A stretch of 64,000 nt of DNA from a phage: sequence record PX853108.1; one strand, given 5' to 3'. Position numbers and translations under genes: made by a program. A model generated the notes under the pieces. It ran no database searches. It was not told the origin of the DNA and saw nothing but the letters and a program-made list of their open reading frames with translations. This document shows, piece after piece, positions 19,290-30,400 of this stretch (its first letter is position 1; the number at the start of each line of letters is the position of its first letter).

Positions 19290-21944
19290 ATGGGCTTATT
19301 CAGTGGGAAGACCAAAGTATACGTAGCATCCTCTGTCTATAACATGGCAGGGGATATACATAAACGTCCTAACTATATGAAGACTGTAGTCATTGGTAAC
19401 ATTGTTTCCAATACAGGATTCACTATGGCAGATACTATCTCTGATAGTTATCTGAATGGACCAGGTATTCGTATGCGACTGTTCTCCAGCTGGAGTAAGA
19501 ACCACTATGATTCAGAAGTTGGTATGGCAGGTTCTTCATTGGGTGTACTGGCTAAGATTGATCCTACTGTAATAGAGGGTCAAATTACACCTCCTGCTGG
19601 GGAATCTGTTTATGTTCAGGCAGCAGAGATTGGCTTTGCTGACTTTGAGCAATGGTGTGACCAGTATCTTTATGAGAATGCACCCAGTCGAATCATGGAA
19701 CGATTCGACGTAGACATTGATGAAGATACTAATGAAATTACTATGACCTCCCTGGATGGAGGTTCTACTATTAAATTCACGCCTACTAACTTTGAACCAG
19801 GTGCTTTGTATCTCTATGCTGATTACTCTTTCTATAAATCTCCTGTTACTAATCCGCCAGTAGTAGGACCAACTACTGTCTATGATAGTGAGGATGACTT
19901 ACCATCTACTTTGTTATGGACTACCATCTCAAGTGACACAACAGCTAATACAACTAATCTTACCAAGACAATACATACCCATTCTGTTTACTCTGATGGT
20001 AGACCAGATGAAGACAGTACTGTTACTGAACCAAGTGTGGATAACTGGAACTCTTACGTTAAGGTCTACCGTAGAGGATTTACCGAGAAACCTGATGACG
20101 TAACTGTAGTTGTATCTGACAGGGTAATGACTCATAAAAAGTTCGGTGAGATTCAATCAAGTACTACTGTAACTACTAATGTAGTTGATATAGGTGGTGG
20201 TGTTACTCGTACTGACACAATTACTACAACCACAGAGACACTGGTTCGTAAGTATTCATCTCAGACTACTCGTACTGATACTGAGATGACTGCTGTTGGC
20301 ACACCTAAGATGCTTATTTATAAACAGAATTCCGGTAACGTTGTACTGGATTCACTGTTTGAAACCGAGGCTACTGACAACCGATTCTACCCATTCATTC
20401 CAATCAGGAATGATAAACAATGGGTAGAGAATGACCCAATCTACCCACACTGTAAGAAAGCTCTTTATAAAGCTACTGGTGGAAAAATTGATAAGGTAGT
20501 GACAGAACTTAAGAAGAATAAGGATATAGGTGATATTCAGTACATTTACGGTACATTCGGTGTATCTCTTAATACCCCAGAGGATACTGCTAAGGAATAC
20601 ATCTACCGTTTCTTTCAGATGGCTACTGAAGCATTCCCACCTGACCCAACCTACCCGACTTTGGAAGCAGTAATTGCAGGTTATCAGGCAGCTAATGATG
20701 CAGTTGATGCATATGTAGAATGGTGGAACAGGACGGAAGGGCACACTATTGGAACTCCCCCACCACTGCCAGAATACCCTGTCATACCTAAGCGAGAGTT
20801 TAGGGTACACAGTAATAAACACTACAAGTACGATATGACCATTGGTTGGAATTACGTGTCTGAAACTACCCACTCAGGACAAGCATGGTCTGGTGCTAAG
20901 CAGGGTCAACTTCGATCCAGGTATGCAGGAGATATAACTCTTACTCGCAAGAATATACGTACTGCTAGTAACTCAGGTTCAACTAAGAAGCTGGAGGTAA
21001 CTACTACGTTCTATTCAATGCAGGAGTATGAGTTGCTTTGGCAGGATGGTAATGACACTTACCGTAAACTCAGAGTACTGGGCCTAAATCACAATAACAG
21101 AGTATATAAGAATAAGTCAGTACATATTGATGTTGCCGGGGCAATGGGTGATGCAGAGGAGAGTGGATTCATTATTCCATTACACACTAACATCTACCGT
21201 TCCATGTCACTGGTTCGAAGTACTCAGCTATCTACTGCCTGTTCCTACTTAGTGATGAACTCATATAAGAAGGTTAAGAAGAAATGGTATCAGACTGGGG
21301 CATTTAAGATTGTTGTTGTTGTGGTCGCTGTGGTTATCTCTGTATTTACAGCTGGTGCTGGTGGTGCAGGTATACTTGGAGCGTATGGTGCAGTTGGTGC
21401 ATCTCTGGGTTTTGTTGGATTAGCTGCTGTAATAGTCGGTGCTGTAGCAAACGCCATTGCTGGAATGATTCTGGTATCTATTATCACTAAAGTATCCGCC
21501 TCACTGTTCGGTGATAAACTCGGTTTTATTATTGCAGCTATTGCTTCAATGGTAGCTATGAATGTTGGTACTGCATTGTCTACTGGTACATCATTATCTA
21601 CCTTAGCTAGTGAAATGATGAATGCCCAAAACATTATGCAGCTTACCAGTTCAGTAGGTAATGGTATTAGTCAGTATATTAATGCATCTACGGCTGCTAC
21701 TATTCAGAAAGCAGAGAAAGTAATGCAGCAGTACAATACTGATATGATGGCAATCAATAAGCAGTATGAAGAGATGTTTGGTACTGCTGGGCAGGGTGTA
21801 ATTGACCCAATGCAATTCGTGTCAATGGAGTCACTGGATTCATTCTTATCCCGTACTCTCATGACTGGTTCAGATATAGCTGACTTGTCTCTAGACATGA
21901 TTGGCAACTACTCTGACATGACCCTTAATACAGACCTTGTTTAA
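19290..21944 (+). CDS. Large internal virion protein with C-terminal Gly/Ala-rich multi-TM region (putative ejection/channel protein)
   Basis: 884 aa; residues ~670-780 (nt ~21300-21600) form consecutive hydrophobic glycine-zipper-like segments (FKIVVVVVAVVISVFTAGAGGAGILGAYGAVGASLGFVGLAAVIVGAV...). Confidence 0.4.
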   Translation: MGLFSGKTKVYVASSVYNMAGDIHKRPNYMKTVVIGNIVSNTGFTMADTISDSYLNGPGIRMRLFSSWSKNHYDSEVGMAGSSLGVLAKIDPTVIEGQITPPAGESVYVQAAEIGFADFEQWCDQYLYENAPSRIMERFDVDIDEDTNEITMTSLDGGSTIKFTPTNFEPGALYLYADYSFYKSPVTNPPVVGPTTVYDSEDDLPSTLLWTTISSDTTANTTNLTKTIHTHSVYSDGRPDEDSTVTEPSVDNWNSYVKVYRRGFTEKPDDVTVVVSDRVMTHKKFGEIQSSTTVTTNVVDIGGGVTRTDTITTTTETLVRKYSSQTTRTDTEMTAVGTPKMLIYKQNSGNVVLDSLFETEATDNRFYPFIPIRNDKQWVENDPIYPHCKKALYKATGGKIDKVVTELKKNKDIGDIQYIYGTFGVSLNTPEDTAKEYIYRFFQMATEAFPPDPTYPTLEAVIAGYQAANDAVDAYVEWWNRTEGHTIGTPPPLPEYPVIPKREFRVHSNKHYKYDMTIGWNYVSETTHSGQAWSGAKQGQLRSRYAGDITLTRKNIRTASNSGSTKKLEVTTTFYSMQEYELLWQDGNDTYRKLRVLGLNHNNRVYKNKSVHIDVAGAMGDAEESGFIIPLHTNIYRSMSLVRSTQLSTACSYLVMNSYKKVKKKWYQTGAFKIVVVVVAVVISVFTAGAGGAGILGAYGAVGASLGFVGLAAVIVGAVANAIAGMILVSIITKVSASLFGDKLGFIIAAIASMVAMNVGTALSTGTSLSTLASEMMNAQNIMQLTSSVGNGISQYINASTAATIQKAEKVMQQYNTDMMAINKQYEEMFGTAGQGVIDPMQFVSMESLDSFLSRTLMTGSDIADLSLDMIGNYSDMTLNTDLV

Positions 21945-21957
21945 CAGGAGAATCCCC

Positions 21958-22401
21958 ATGGATTTGTCATTCTTAACAGGCAACCAAACCCCACAGCCAG
22001 CTGCTATGTCTTGGATGTCTAATAACAATCAGAACTTTAATACCCCGGCTATGAACTATAACCCTGGTGCAACTATTGGCATGGGTACGAATTTGGGTAC
22101 ATCTGCTTCTACTCCTTTCATGTCTGGCTCAGCTGGTCAATTGGGCATGAACGTACCTACCTTCCAACTAGGACTGGGTGCTCTTGGCTCATTAGCTAAT
22201 ATCTATAGTGGTTTCCAGGCTAATAAATTAGCTAAAGACCAGTTGAACTTTGCTAAGAGTGTTACTAACACTAACCTGAATAACCAGATTAAGTCTTATA
22301 ACACTGCACTGGAAGACCGTGCTCGTAGCCGTGCTGTTGCAGAGAACCGTGACCAATCCACTGCTGATGCTTATATTGCAGCTAATAAATTAACCCGTTA
22401 A
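21958..22401 (+). CDS. Small virion protein
   Basis: ORF 21937-22401 trimmed to ATG 21958 (AGGAGAA at 6 nt); Gly/Ser/Asn-rich. Confidence 0.4.
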   Translation: MDLSFLTGNQTPQPAAMSWMSNNNQNFNTPAMNYNPGATIGMGTNLGTSASTPFMSGSAGQLGMNVPTFQLGLGALGSLANIYSGFQANKLAKDQLNFAKSVTNTNLNNQIKSYNTALEDRARSRAVAENRDQSTADAYIAANKLTR

Positions 22402-22413
22402 TAGGAAACCATC

Positions 22414-24369
22414 ATGGCTCAAATTACATGGCGTAATGTTGATGCACCTAACTTCTCTGGAGTTGGTGACAGCATTCGTACATTTGGCAACATGATTGGT
22501 AACGCTACCTCCGGCTTAAGTGATGCACTGGGTAATTTCCAGAACGCTGCCAAGCAGGAGGCTGGCAATGCCGTCATGATGAATGCTATGCGATACCAAG
22601 ACCCTACTGAGTATCGTAATGCTTTGGCATCTGGTGCATTGTTTCAGGGGGTTGACCCTTCATTGGTAAGCCAGCGTACTCTTCAGAATCTGGATGAGCG
22701 AGCAGGTACTCTTCTGACTCAGCAAGGTCAGCAGGGAACCAATGACTACAATGCTTATAATTTTGGTCGCTTAAAGGATGTTAACTCTGCATTAGATAAT
22801 GCATCTCCAGCTATTCGTTTACTGTCTGAGGCTTATCAGTCTGGTGACCAGAACCGTATTAATGCTGCATTGGGTCAGACTCGTGATGCATTATCTGCAC
22901 TTCCTGCTGACCAACAACTGGATTTGTTGAGTCGTCTGCAAGGTCAAGGCGGTCAGGCTATTAACCAAGCACAGAACCGTTTTGATTTGGGAGTGGCTCA
23001 ACGTAATGATGCTGATAGTCAGGCAGCTATGGGTGTAATGTCACAGATTACTCGTGGTGCTGAGAATGCTGACGATGCCCGTATTCTGGCAGAGTCTTAT
23101 AGTAAGCATCTGTCTCCGGTTGCCCAGGCACGTTTACAGGAAATGCTTGCACGAGCATATCCGGGTGTTTACGGTAACAATGTTGGCGCTACATCTGCTC
23201 CTGGTACTGCTGGTACTCGTCAAGGTTCTCCTTACGATGTTACTTACCAATTTGCTGGTACATCTACTCCTATTACTCAGATGAGTATTGGTGATGTAAT
23301 TAAGCACCAGGATAGTATGAAGACGAACCAGGGTGCTTCACCTGTTGGTGCATTCCAGATTAACCAAGCTACTCTACTAGACTTCGCTCCCAAAGTTCTC
23401 GGTTCAGATTGGCAAAGCCAGCCTCTTTCTCCAGAGAACCAGGATAAGATTGGTAAGGCTATCTTCGAGGCTCGTAAGAATGGTAACCTTAAAGATACCT
23501 GGGCTGCTTTACCTAACTCTACCCCAGGTGCTTATAAGGATATGACTTGGGAACAGATTAAGCCTGTTATTGCTCAAGCTGAGGTAGGGGCTGACCCACT
23601 GGCTATGATTCAGAATAATCAAGGTAATCAGGCAGTATCTACTCTGGCTACCGGTATGATTGGTACTCGTTCTATGGAGGACAATGCTGGAAGTATTGCT
23701 CCTGATTATTTACCTGCCTTAAATGACACCTCTACTGTTGGGGAGGTTGCTAATAGATTACTGGAGGGTGATTTTAAGGGGGCAGATAAAAAATGGGTTG
23801 TGGCTCGTATTAGTGATATCGCTCAACGTGCTAATGTATCCCCTGCTATGGCAGGTGTTGTTGTTCAACGTGCAATGACTAATGCACCAGAAAGTTATAC
23901 AGGGCGTCTTATTGATTATCTAACCATAGGACAAACCCCAGAAGCCGGTAATGGCTTGCGTCTTAATGATGCTGCTGTAGACCAAATGGTTGAGGGGTTA
24001 AAACGTGGTGAACCCCTTGAAGCAAGTGTTCGTAACCTTGGTCGTGCTCAGGCTATGCAGAACATTCAGGCAGCACAGACTGCATATGATGCTGCTGTAG
24101 CTGCACTGACAAATACCCAGAATAAGATTGCTACTGGGCAGACAGCACTCACTGCGTTACTTCCGTCACGACAGGAACAAGTGCGTAGAGCTGCTGAAAT
24201 GCTTAAAAATGCACAAGGCCAAGTCCAGGCTGACCCACAAAACCTGGCTCCACGTAACTTTCGGTCACAGGCTTCCGTAGATCGAGAGGCTGAGAAAGAA
24301 AACCAGGAGCGTGCTATACGGTATATACGCCAAGCCCAGGGCATACCTGGGTATGTGAAAATGCCTTAA
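22414..24369 (+). CDS. Internal virion protein with lytic-transglycosylase-like (SLT-type) motif
   Basis: 651 aa; RBS AGGAAA; contains DSMKTNQGASPVGAFQINQAT, resembling the SLT signature ES-x7-SPVGA-(GLMQ) but with Asp in place of the catalytic Glu. Confidence 0.4.
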   Translation: MAQITWRNVDAPNFSGVGDSIRTFGNMIGNATSGLSDALGNFQNAAKQEAGNAVMMNAMRYQDPTEYRNALASGALFQGVDPSLVSQRTLQNLDERAGTLLTQQGQQGTNDYNAYNFGRLKDVNSALDNASPAIRLLSEAYQSGDQNRINAALGQTRDALSALPADQQLDLLSRLQGQGGQAINQAQNRFDLGVAQRNDADSQAAMGVMSQITRGAENADDARILAESYSKHLSPVAQARLQEMLARAYPGVYGNNVGATSAPGTAGTRQGSPYDVTYQFAGTSTPITQMSIGDVIKHQDSMKTNQGASPVGAFQINQATLLDFAPKVLGSDWQSQPLSPENQDKIGKAIFEARKNGNLKDTWAALPNSTPGAYKDMTWEQIKPVIAQAEVGADPLAMIQNNQGNQAVSTLATGMIGTRSMEDNAGSIAPDYLPALNDTSTVGEVANRLLEGDFKGADKKWVVARISDIAQRANVSPAMAGVVVQRAMTNAPESYTGRLIDYLTIGQTPEAGNGLRLNDAAVDQMVEGLKRGEPLEASVRNLGRAQAMQNIQAAQTAYDAAVAALTNTQNKIATGQTALTALLPSRQEQVRRAAEMLKNAQGQVQADPQNLAPRNFRSQASVDREAEKENQERAIRYIRQAQGIPGYVKMP

Positions 24370-24385
24370 AATACTTCATACTAAT

Positions 24386-24410
24386 AAAAGCCCTACGGGG
24401 CTTTTTTCTT
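24386..24410 (+). terminator. Intrinsic terminator upstream of the vRNAP gene
   Basis: Stem AAAAGCCC/GGGCTTTT with TACG loop, followed by TTCTTT. Confidence 0.7.
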
Positions 24411-24472
24411 TAACTGGCTTACTGTAGAGTAAGTTACCTATATACGATATAAGTTTGAATAGGAAACATGCT

Positions 24473-27400
24473 ATGTCAACATTTGACCGTCTGGCAGGTT
24501 TCGCAGACAGCATCACTAATGCTAAGCAAGTCGATGTCTCTACTGCAACCTCCCGGAAGCAAGCTGCACAGGGGCAAAGCCCTTTCCAATTAACCCCAGA
24601 TAATGCTTACAATCTACAGACTGGACGAGTAGGTAATCTTGGAATCGGTGCATACGAACCAGGTTCACTTCAGGCAGATTTCACTCAAGCCTCCCCCTTA
24701 GAAATCATTAATAAATATGGTAATGAGCAAGGTCTACAGATTCTTAATAGTCGAGCTAATGCTGCTGATGCTGTACGTCAGGACTTATCTAAACAACGTA
24801 CTAACGCAGAAGCATTTGGCGATATCCTTTCTGGTGTTGGTCTTGGTGTTGCTAATACCCTTGGGGGCATTGCTGCTCTTGGCACAGGCTTGGTCAATGA
24901 TAATGCCGGGGCATCCATTGCTTCCGGTCTTGACTGGTTGAATAAAGGTGTACACAACCTACAGTCCGATGCACTGAATGCTCGCCGTAATGTAGTACAG
25001 AACCAGAACGTAATATCTGCACAGGAAAATGAGAAACTCTATAAGCAAGATATTGCTAAAGGAGAAAGCGAACTCGTTGCTTCCCTGTCTCGCATTGGTC
25101 GTGATGCTTACGATTCTGTTGCTAATACCCTGTCTAACGGCATGGCTGCTACTGATGGTATTGCTGAAGGTGTAGGTTCTCTGTTTACTGGTGGCCCATT
25201 AATCCGTGGTGTATCTGCACTCGGTAAGGTAATGGTAGGTGGAGATAAAGCTGTTAAGGGTATTACCTTAGCTGCTGAGTTAGGTTCACGTCCTGCACGG
25301 ATTGCACAGTCTGCTGGTCGTGTTGCTGCACCTGCTATAGCAATTGGTGGTATGGAAGCTGGTGGTGCATACCAACAGACTGCTAATGAAATTATGGAAA
25401 TGCCATTCAGTGAACTGGCTGCTAAATCTCCAGTATACCAACAGCATATTAAAGATGGTTTATCTCCTGAAGAAGCACGTCGTCAGACTGCATCTGAAAC
25501 AGGTATTACTGCTGCTGGCTTAACTGCTCCAGTTGCTGCTCTTACTGGTCCACTGGTATCCAAGTTTGAACTTAACCCACTCAAGGTAGGTTCACTGGCT
25601 GGTGCTGGTTCTAACATGCTGCGTGAGACTGTAGAAGAAGGTATCCAGTCTGGTACAAGTCAGTTCGCACAAAACACTGCAATCAAGGAAAATGTTGATG
25701 CATCTCGTGACATCCTCAAAGGTGTAGGCGAACAAACTGGTCTTGGTGCATTGTATGGCTTTGGTTCTGCTGGGGTTGCTCAAGCTCCTGGTGCAACTGT
25801 TAAGGCTGCTGGTGCTGCCGTTGGTCCTGCTGTACGTACTACCCTGGCTGGTGCTTCTTTGGCTGGTAAGGCACTAGCAAAAGTAGCCTCCCCTATTACT
25901 AACATCCTGGTTCAGCGTGGTGAAGAAGTAGCTAAACGTAACGAACAGGCATCTCCTGTATCTGATGCTACGGTTAATGCTGCTGCACAGGAAGCTACTG
26001 CTCAGGCAGAACAGGCCCAGGCAACCGTACAGGAAGCAGTAGATGCAATGGATATTTCTCCAGAAGAGAAAGCTGCTGCTACCCAGTATGCTGCTGACTT
26101 AACTCAGGTAATGAAGTTTGATCCAGTAGAACTGGAACAAGCTAGCCCTACAGTCCGTGAAGCTGTTTCTGGTTCCACTAACCGTGTTGAAGCTATTCAG
26201 AAGATGGCTGACCTGGTTAATACTGCCGAAGACCCTAACGTTCAAATGGAAGCTGCAATCCAGATGTACGACAACATCATGTCTATGGATAGCTTCATTA
26301 ACCGTGACCCAGGTGCTCTGGCTAATCTGGAACAAGGCTCTCCTGCTGCTAATATCGTTGACCAATTCTCTGGCCTGATGGCTAACGTTCAGAATACACC
26401 GAAAGTACTTCGTGCATTCCGTGCTATTCATTCCATGATTCAGGAACAGGCAGAAGCAGGTAAACTGAAAGCTACTGAAGAAGCTAACCAAGCCCAGGCA
26501 AACAATATTGCCATGGCTGCTGATATGTCTCCAGAAGTACTGGATGCAGATTCAGTAAACATGGTTCTGAAACATGCAAGTGAAGGTAAGATTACACTGG
26601 GGAATCGTCAGCGTGCTGCCCTGCAATCTGCTGCTGCCTTGTTACAGGGTGCACGAGAATTTGACGCTAAAGCAGAAGAACTAGGCTTACGTCCTCAAGA
26701 CATTGTTAGTAAACAGATTAAAACCGACGAGTCTCGTTCTAATGAAGGCCAGTACTCTGCGTTGCAACATGCTAAACGCATTCGTTCTGCGTACAACTCT
26801 GGTAACTTCGATTTGGCTTCCGCTTATCTCGACGACTTTATGAAGTTCGCCCAGCACATGCAGAATAAGGTCGGAGCGTTGAATGAGCATCTGATTTCTG
26901 GGAATGCGGATAAGAATAAGTCTGTCCATTATCAGGCTCTTACTCCCTCCCGTGAATGGGTACGTAGTCGTACTGGCCTCGGTGTCAATCCGTATGATAC
27001 CAAGTCTGTTAAGTTTGCCCAGCAAGTAGGACTGGAAGCCAAGACCGTAGCTGATATTGCTAACGCACTTGCTACGGCTTACCCGGAGCTTAATGTTTCT
27101 CATGTTAAGGTTACCCCATTGGATTCCCGTTTGGACAAGCCTGCTGCCCAAGTAGTTAAAGAGTTCCGTCAGGGCAATCTTGATGCTGCTCAATCCCAAC
27201 AGACCAATGAACCAGTGAATCAGGTTGATGAATCTCCTGTTACAAAACAGGAACCAGTTACCCCTACTGTACAGACTAAACCCTCTGTTAGTGAAGCTGT
27301 TAAAACAGAACCTACTATTAAAGAGTCTAAACCACAGACTGCAAAAGAACCTGAGAACCAGTCTGAAAAACAGGATGCTGTTGAACAGCCTACTGAATCT

Positions 27401-30400
27401 GAAAGGGATGCTTATGTAAAAGAGAATACTATTTCTCAAGAAACTCTTAATAAGTATGGTGACCGTAGGGAGAGTCCTTGGCTATTTGCTGATGGTACTG
27501 TTGTTGGTTCCAATGGTGACCATATCAGCCTGTCTGATGTATTTGGTCATGATGGTTATCGTGACATGTCTTTGGATACTGGTGCTGTACGTTCTACTTT
27601 CTACAAAGGAAGTGAGCAACCGTTCGTATCCCTGCAATTGTTTGATAATCAGAAGCTAACTGCTGAACAATTCAATACTGTTCAATCATTCGTAGAAGCA
27701 AACAATGCACTGATTCAGATTGGTGTAGATACATCTGGGCTTAATACCAATAACGTTGAGAAAGAAGAAGTATCACTGGCTCAACTGAAAGCAGACTATA
27801 CCGTTGGTGGTAAACCCCTATCTCAAATGGAAACAGTGTTCCCTGTCTATAACAATGAAAAGACATCGAACCAGTTCCTTAAAGCATTTTCTCTACCAGA
27901 GGAGCCTAAGTCTCGTACCATTGGTTCTGAATCTCCTTTGACTGATGTTAAGAAAGCACTGTCTTCTGCTGCCCGCTTTGAAGCATTCACTCAAAAAGAA
28001 AATAACGCACTCACGAGTGATGTGATTAAGCGTTACCAGGATTTGTTTGATTTTGGTGAAACTTTGAAGACCACTCTGTCTGACCGTCTGGCTAAGTTCC
28101 TTGCTAACAAGAACGTTGGTAAACGTTTTGCAGAAGGTACTGAGGCTAACCGTTGGGTGGGTGGTAAGTTACTTAACATCGTAGAGAAAGATGGTGATAC
28201 CTTTAAGTTCAACGACCAGTTGTTAGAGACTGCTGTACTTGCAGGTTTGCAATGGCGACTAACTGCTACACAGAATGCTGCTGTTAAAGACATGAAAGAC
28301 GTAGCTGCTATTACTGGTGTGGAAGCATCTCTGCTACCAGAAGGTATCCTCGCAGAGTTTGAGAATGCTCAAACCTTAGTAGAGGCTACTAACTCACTGG
28401 CTCAGAAGATTGAATCCTATTGGGGGCTTAATCGTAATGCTGATGCACCATTGGGTTATACCAAGGGTATCCCAATGGCAATGGCTACAGAGATTCTGTC
28501 TTCTCTCATTGAGATGGGTGAAGTTAAAGAGTCCATGCTGGATGTGTCTGAGATTGACCCAGAATCTAATAAGACCGTTGGTTTGTATACCATTGAGAAG
28601 TTAGATGATAACGATGCCATTAATAAATTCCCTACTGCTATTGAGGAAGCAGTCCTTCTAGAACCAGTAGAGAAATTGTACTTGGGTGATGATATTCCTT
28701 CAGTGGCTCAAACTCAGTTACGTAACCCGGCTGTCAAGAATACCCCGGAACAGAAAGCTGCTCTTAAAGCAGAACAGGCTACTGAGTTCCGTGTACACAT
28801 GCCCATGGTTAACTTCTATGAAGCATTGGGTCGTGACAACATTCTGGAATTGATGGGTGCTGGTGCTCTTAACCCAGAATTGCTGAATGTGAATACTGCT
28901 AAATCTCTGGAAGGTAAAAACCTGTCCGTGTCTATGGCATATGATTCCTTGTTTGGTGTTATCAATCAGATTAAGGAACAGGAGAATGGACTGGATACAC
29001 CTATTCACTATGGTTACAACATGACCCGTGTAGGTCGTATGCAGATGCTTGGTAAAAATAACCCACAATCCAGTAAGCTGGTCCGTGAAGCAATCTTACC
29101 AACCTTCTCTACCATCGACTTGAGCAATGAAAACAGTCAAACGTTCTCCGATTTCCAGTTAGGTCTGGCTCAGGCATTGGGCATCAAAGTTCATAAAATG
29201 TCTCGCGAAGTTATGTCAGATGAACTGACTAAAGCTCTGGAAGGTAAACTGAAACCTGCCGTTGATATGATGGTTGAGTTTGATAAGTCTGGACACTTAC
29301 CTACTGATGCAGTGGATATTCTGAAGACCTCTTTGGGTAATGATAAATCATTTGTAGCTCTCATGGCTCTTATGGAATATGCCCGTTACCTTAACAGTGA
29401 TGACCGTGCCAACTTTAATACCCCACTGTACGTTGAAGCTGATGGTGTAACCAACGGACCAATCAACGCAATGGTATTAATGACTGGTGGTAAGTTCACC
29501 CCAGACTGGATTAAGAATACTGCTAAAGGTGGCTTGTTCTTCGGTAAAGCTGGCAAGACTATGAACGAGCATCATTCGCACGAGGACAGTGTTGACCTGT
29601 ATGAAGCATCCACTAATGGTCTGCAACAAGCACTGAATGAATTACGTAGTACTTACCGTAACAACGTTCCTGTTATGAACCAGATGAACCATCTCCAGAA
29701 ATTAATGGACCTGTTCATTAAAGATTTCAATCTTAAGGAAGATGGTACTCTGGACCTGAAACGTGGTATTGCGAAAAACCCACTGACCATTACCATTTAT
29801 GGTTCTGGTGCTCGTGGTATTGCTGGCAAGATGGTTAGTGCAATTACTGATACCATCTACGAACGCTTCAGTGACGTTCTACAAGCTCGTGCTGCTGACC
29901 CTAGCATTTCACCAGCTATGGCTATGTTTGGTAAGGAGGCTGCGTCTGAGGCTGATGCTCAGGCTATGCTGGATACTTTCCTTACTTCTATGGAAGCATT
30001 GACTGGCAATGTTCCGGTTATGCGTAAAGGTGAGTTGTCTATTCAGCAGGTAGAAGGTGCTCTGACCGGTAAATTAGACCCTCAGAAGTTTACTGTATCA
30101 GGCAATGCTCTGAAGAATTTACAAGAGAACATGCTTCACTTGTTCGTTGAACCAATGCGTACTGGTATCCGAAATACTGTTGGCGAAGGTTTGATGTACT
30201 CTACTGAGAATTTGCAGAAGGCTACCCAGATTCAGTCTCTGGTATTGCAGGATATGTTCCAACAGGCAGTACAGGCTAAGCTGGCAGAAAAAGAAAAAGA
30301 CCCAACATGGAAGAAAGGTGATTTCTTAACACAGAAAGAACTGAATGAAATCCAGAATAGCTTAGCTCCACTGGCTCCAATGATTGAGACTGGTTCACAG

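Noticed and set aside
20352-20873. 173-aa minus-strand ORF inside the 884-aa virion protein gene
   Set aside because: Antisense shadow ORF with no RBS, in a uniformly plus-strand block.
26687-27439. 250-aa minus-strand ORF within the vRNAP gene
   Set aside because: Lies wholly inside the 10.7 kb vRNAP reading frame on the opposite strand; Phe/Arg/Leu-rich artefact composition.
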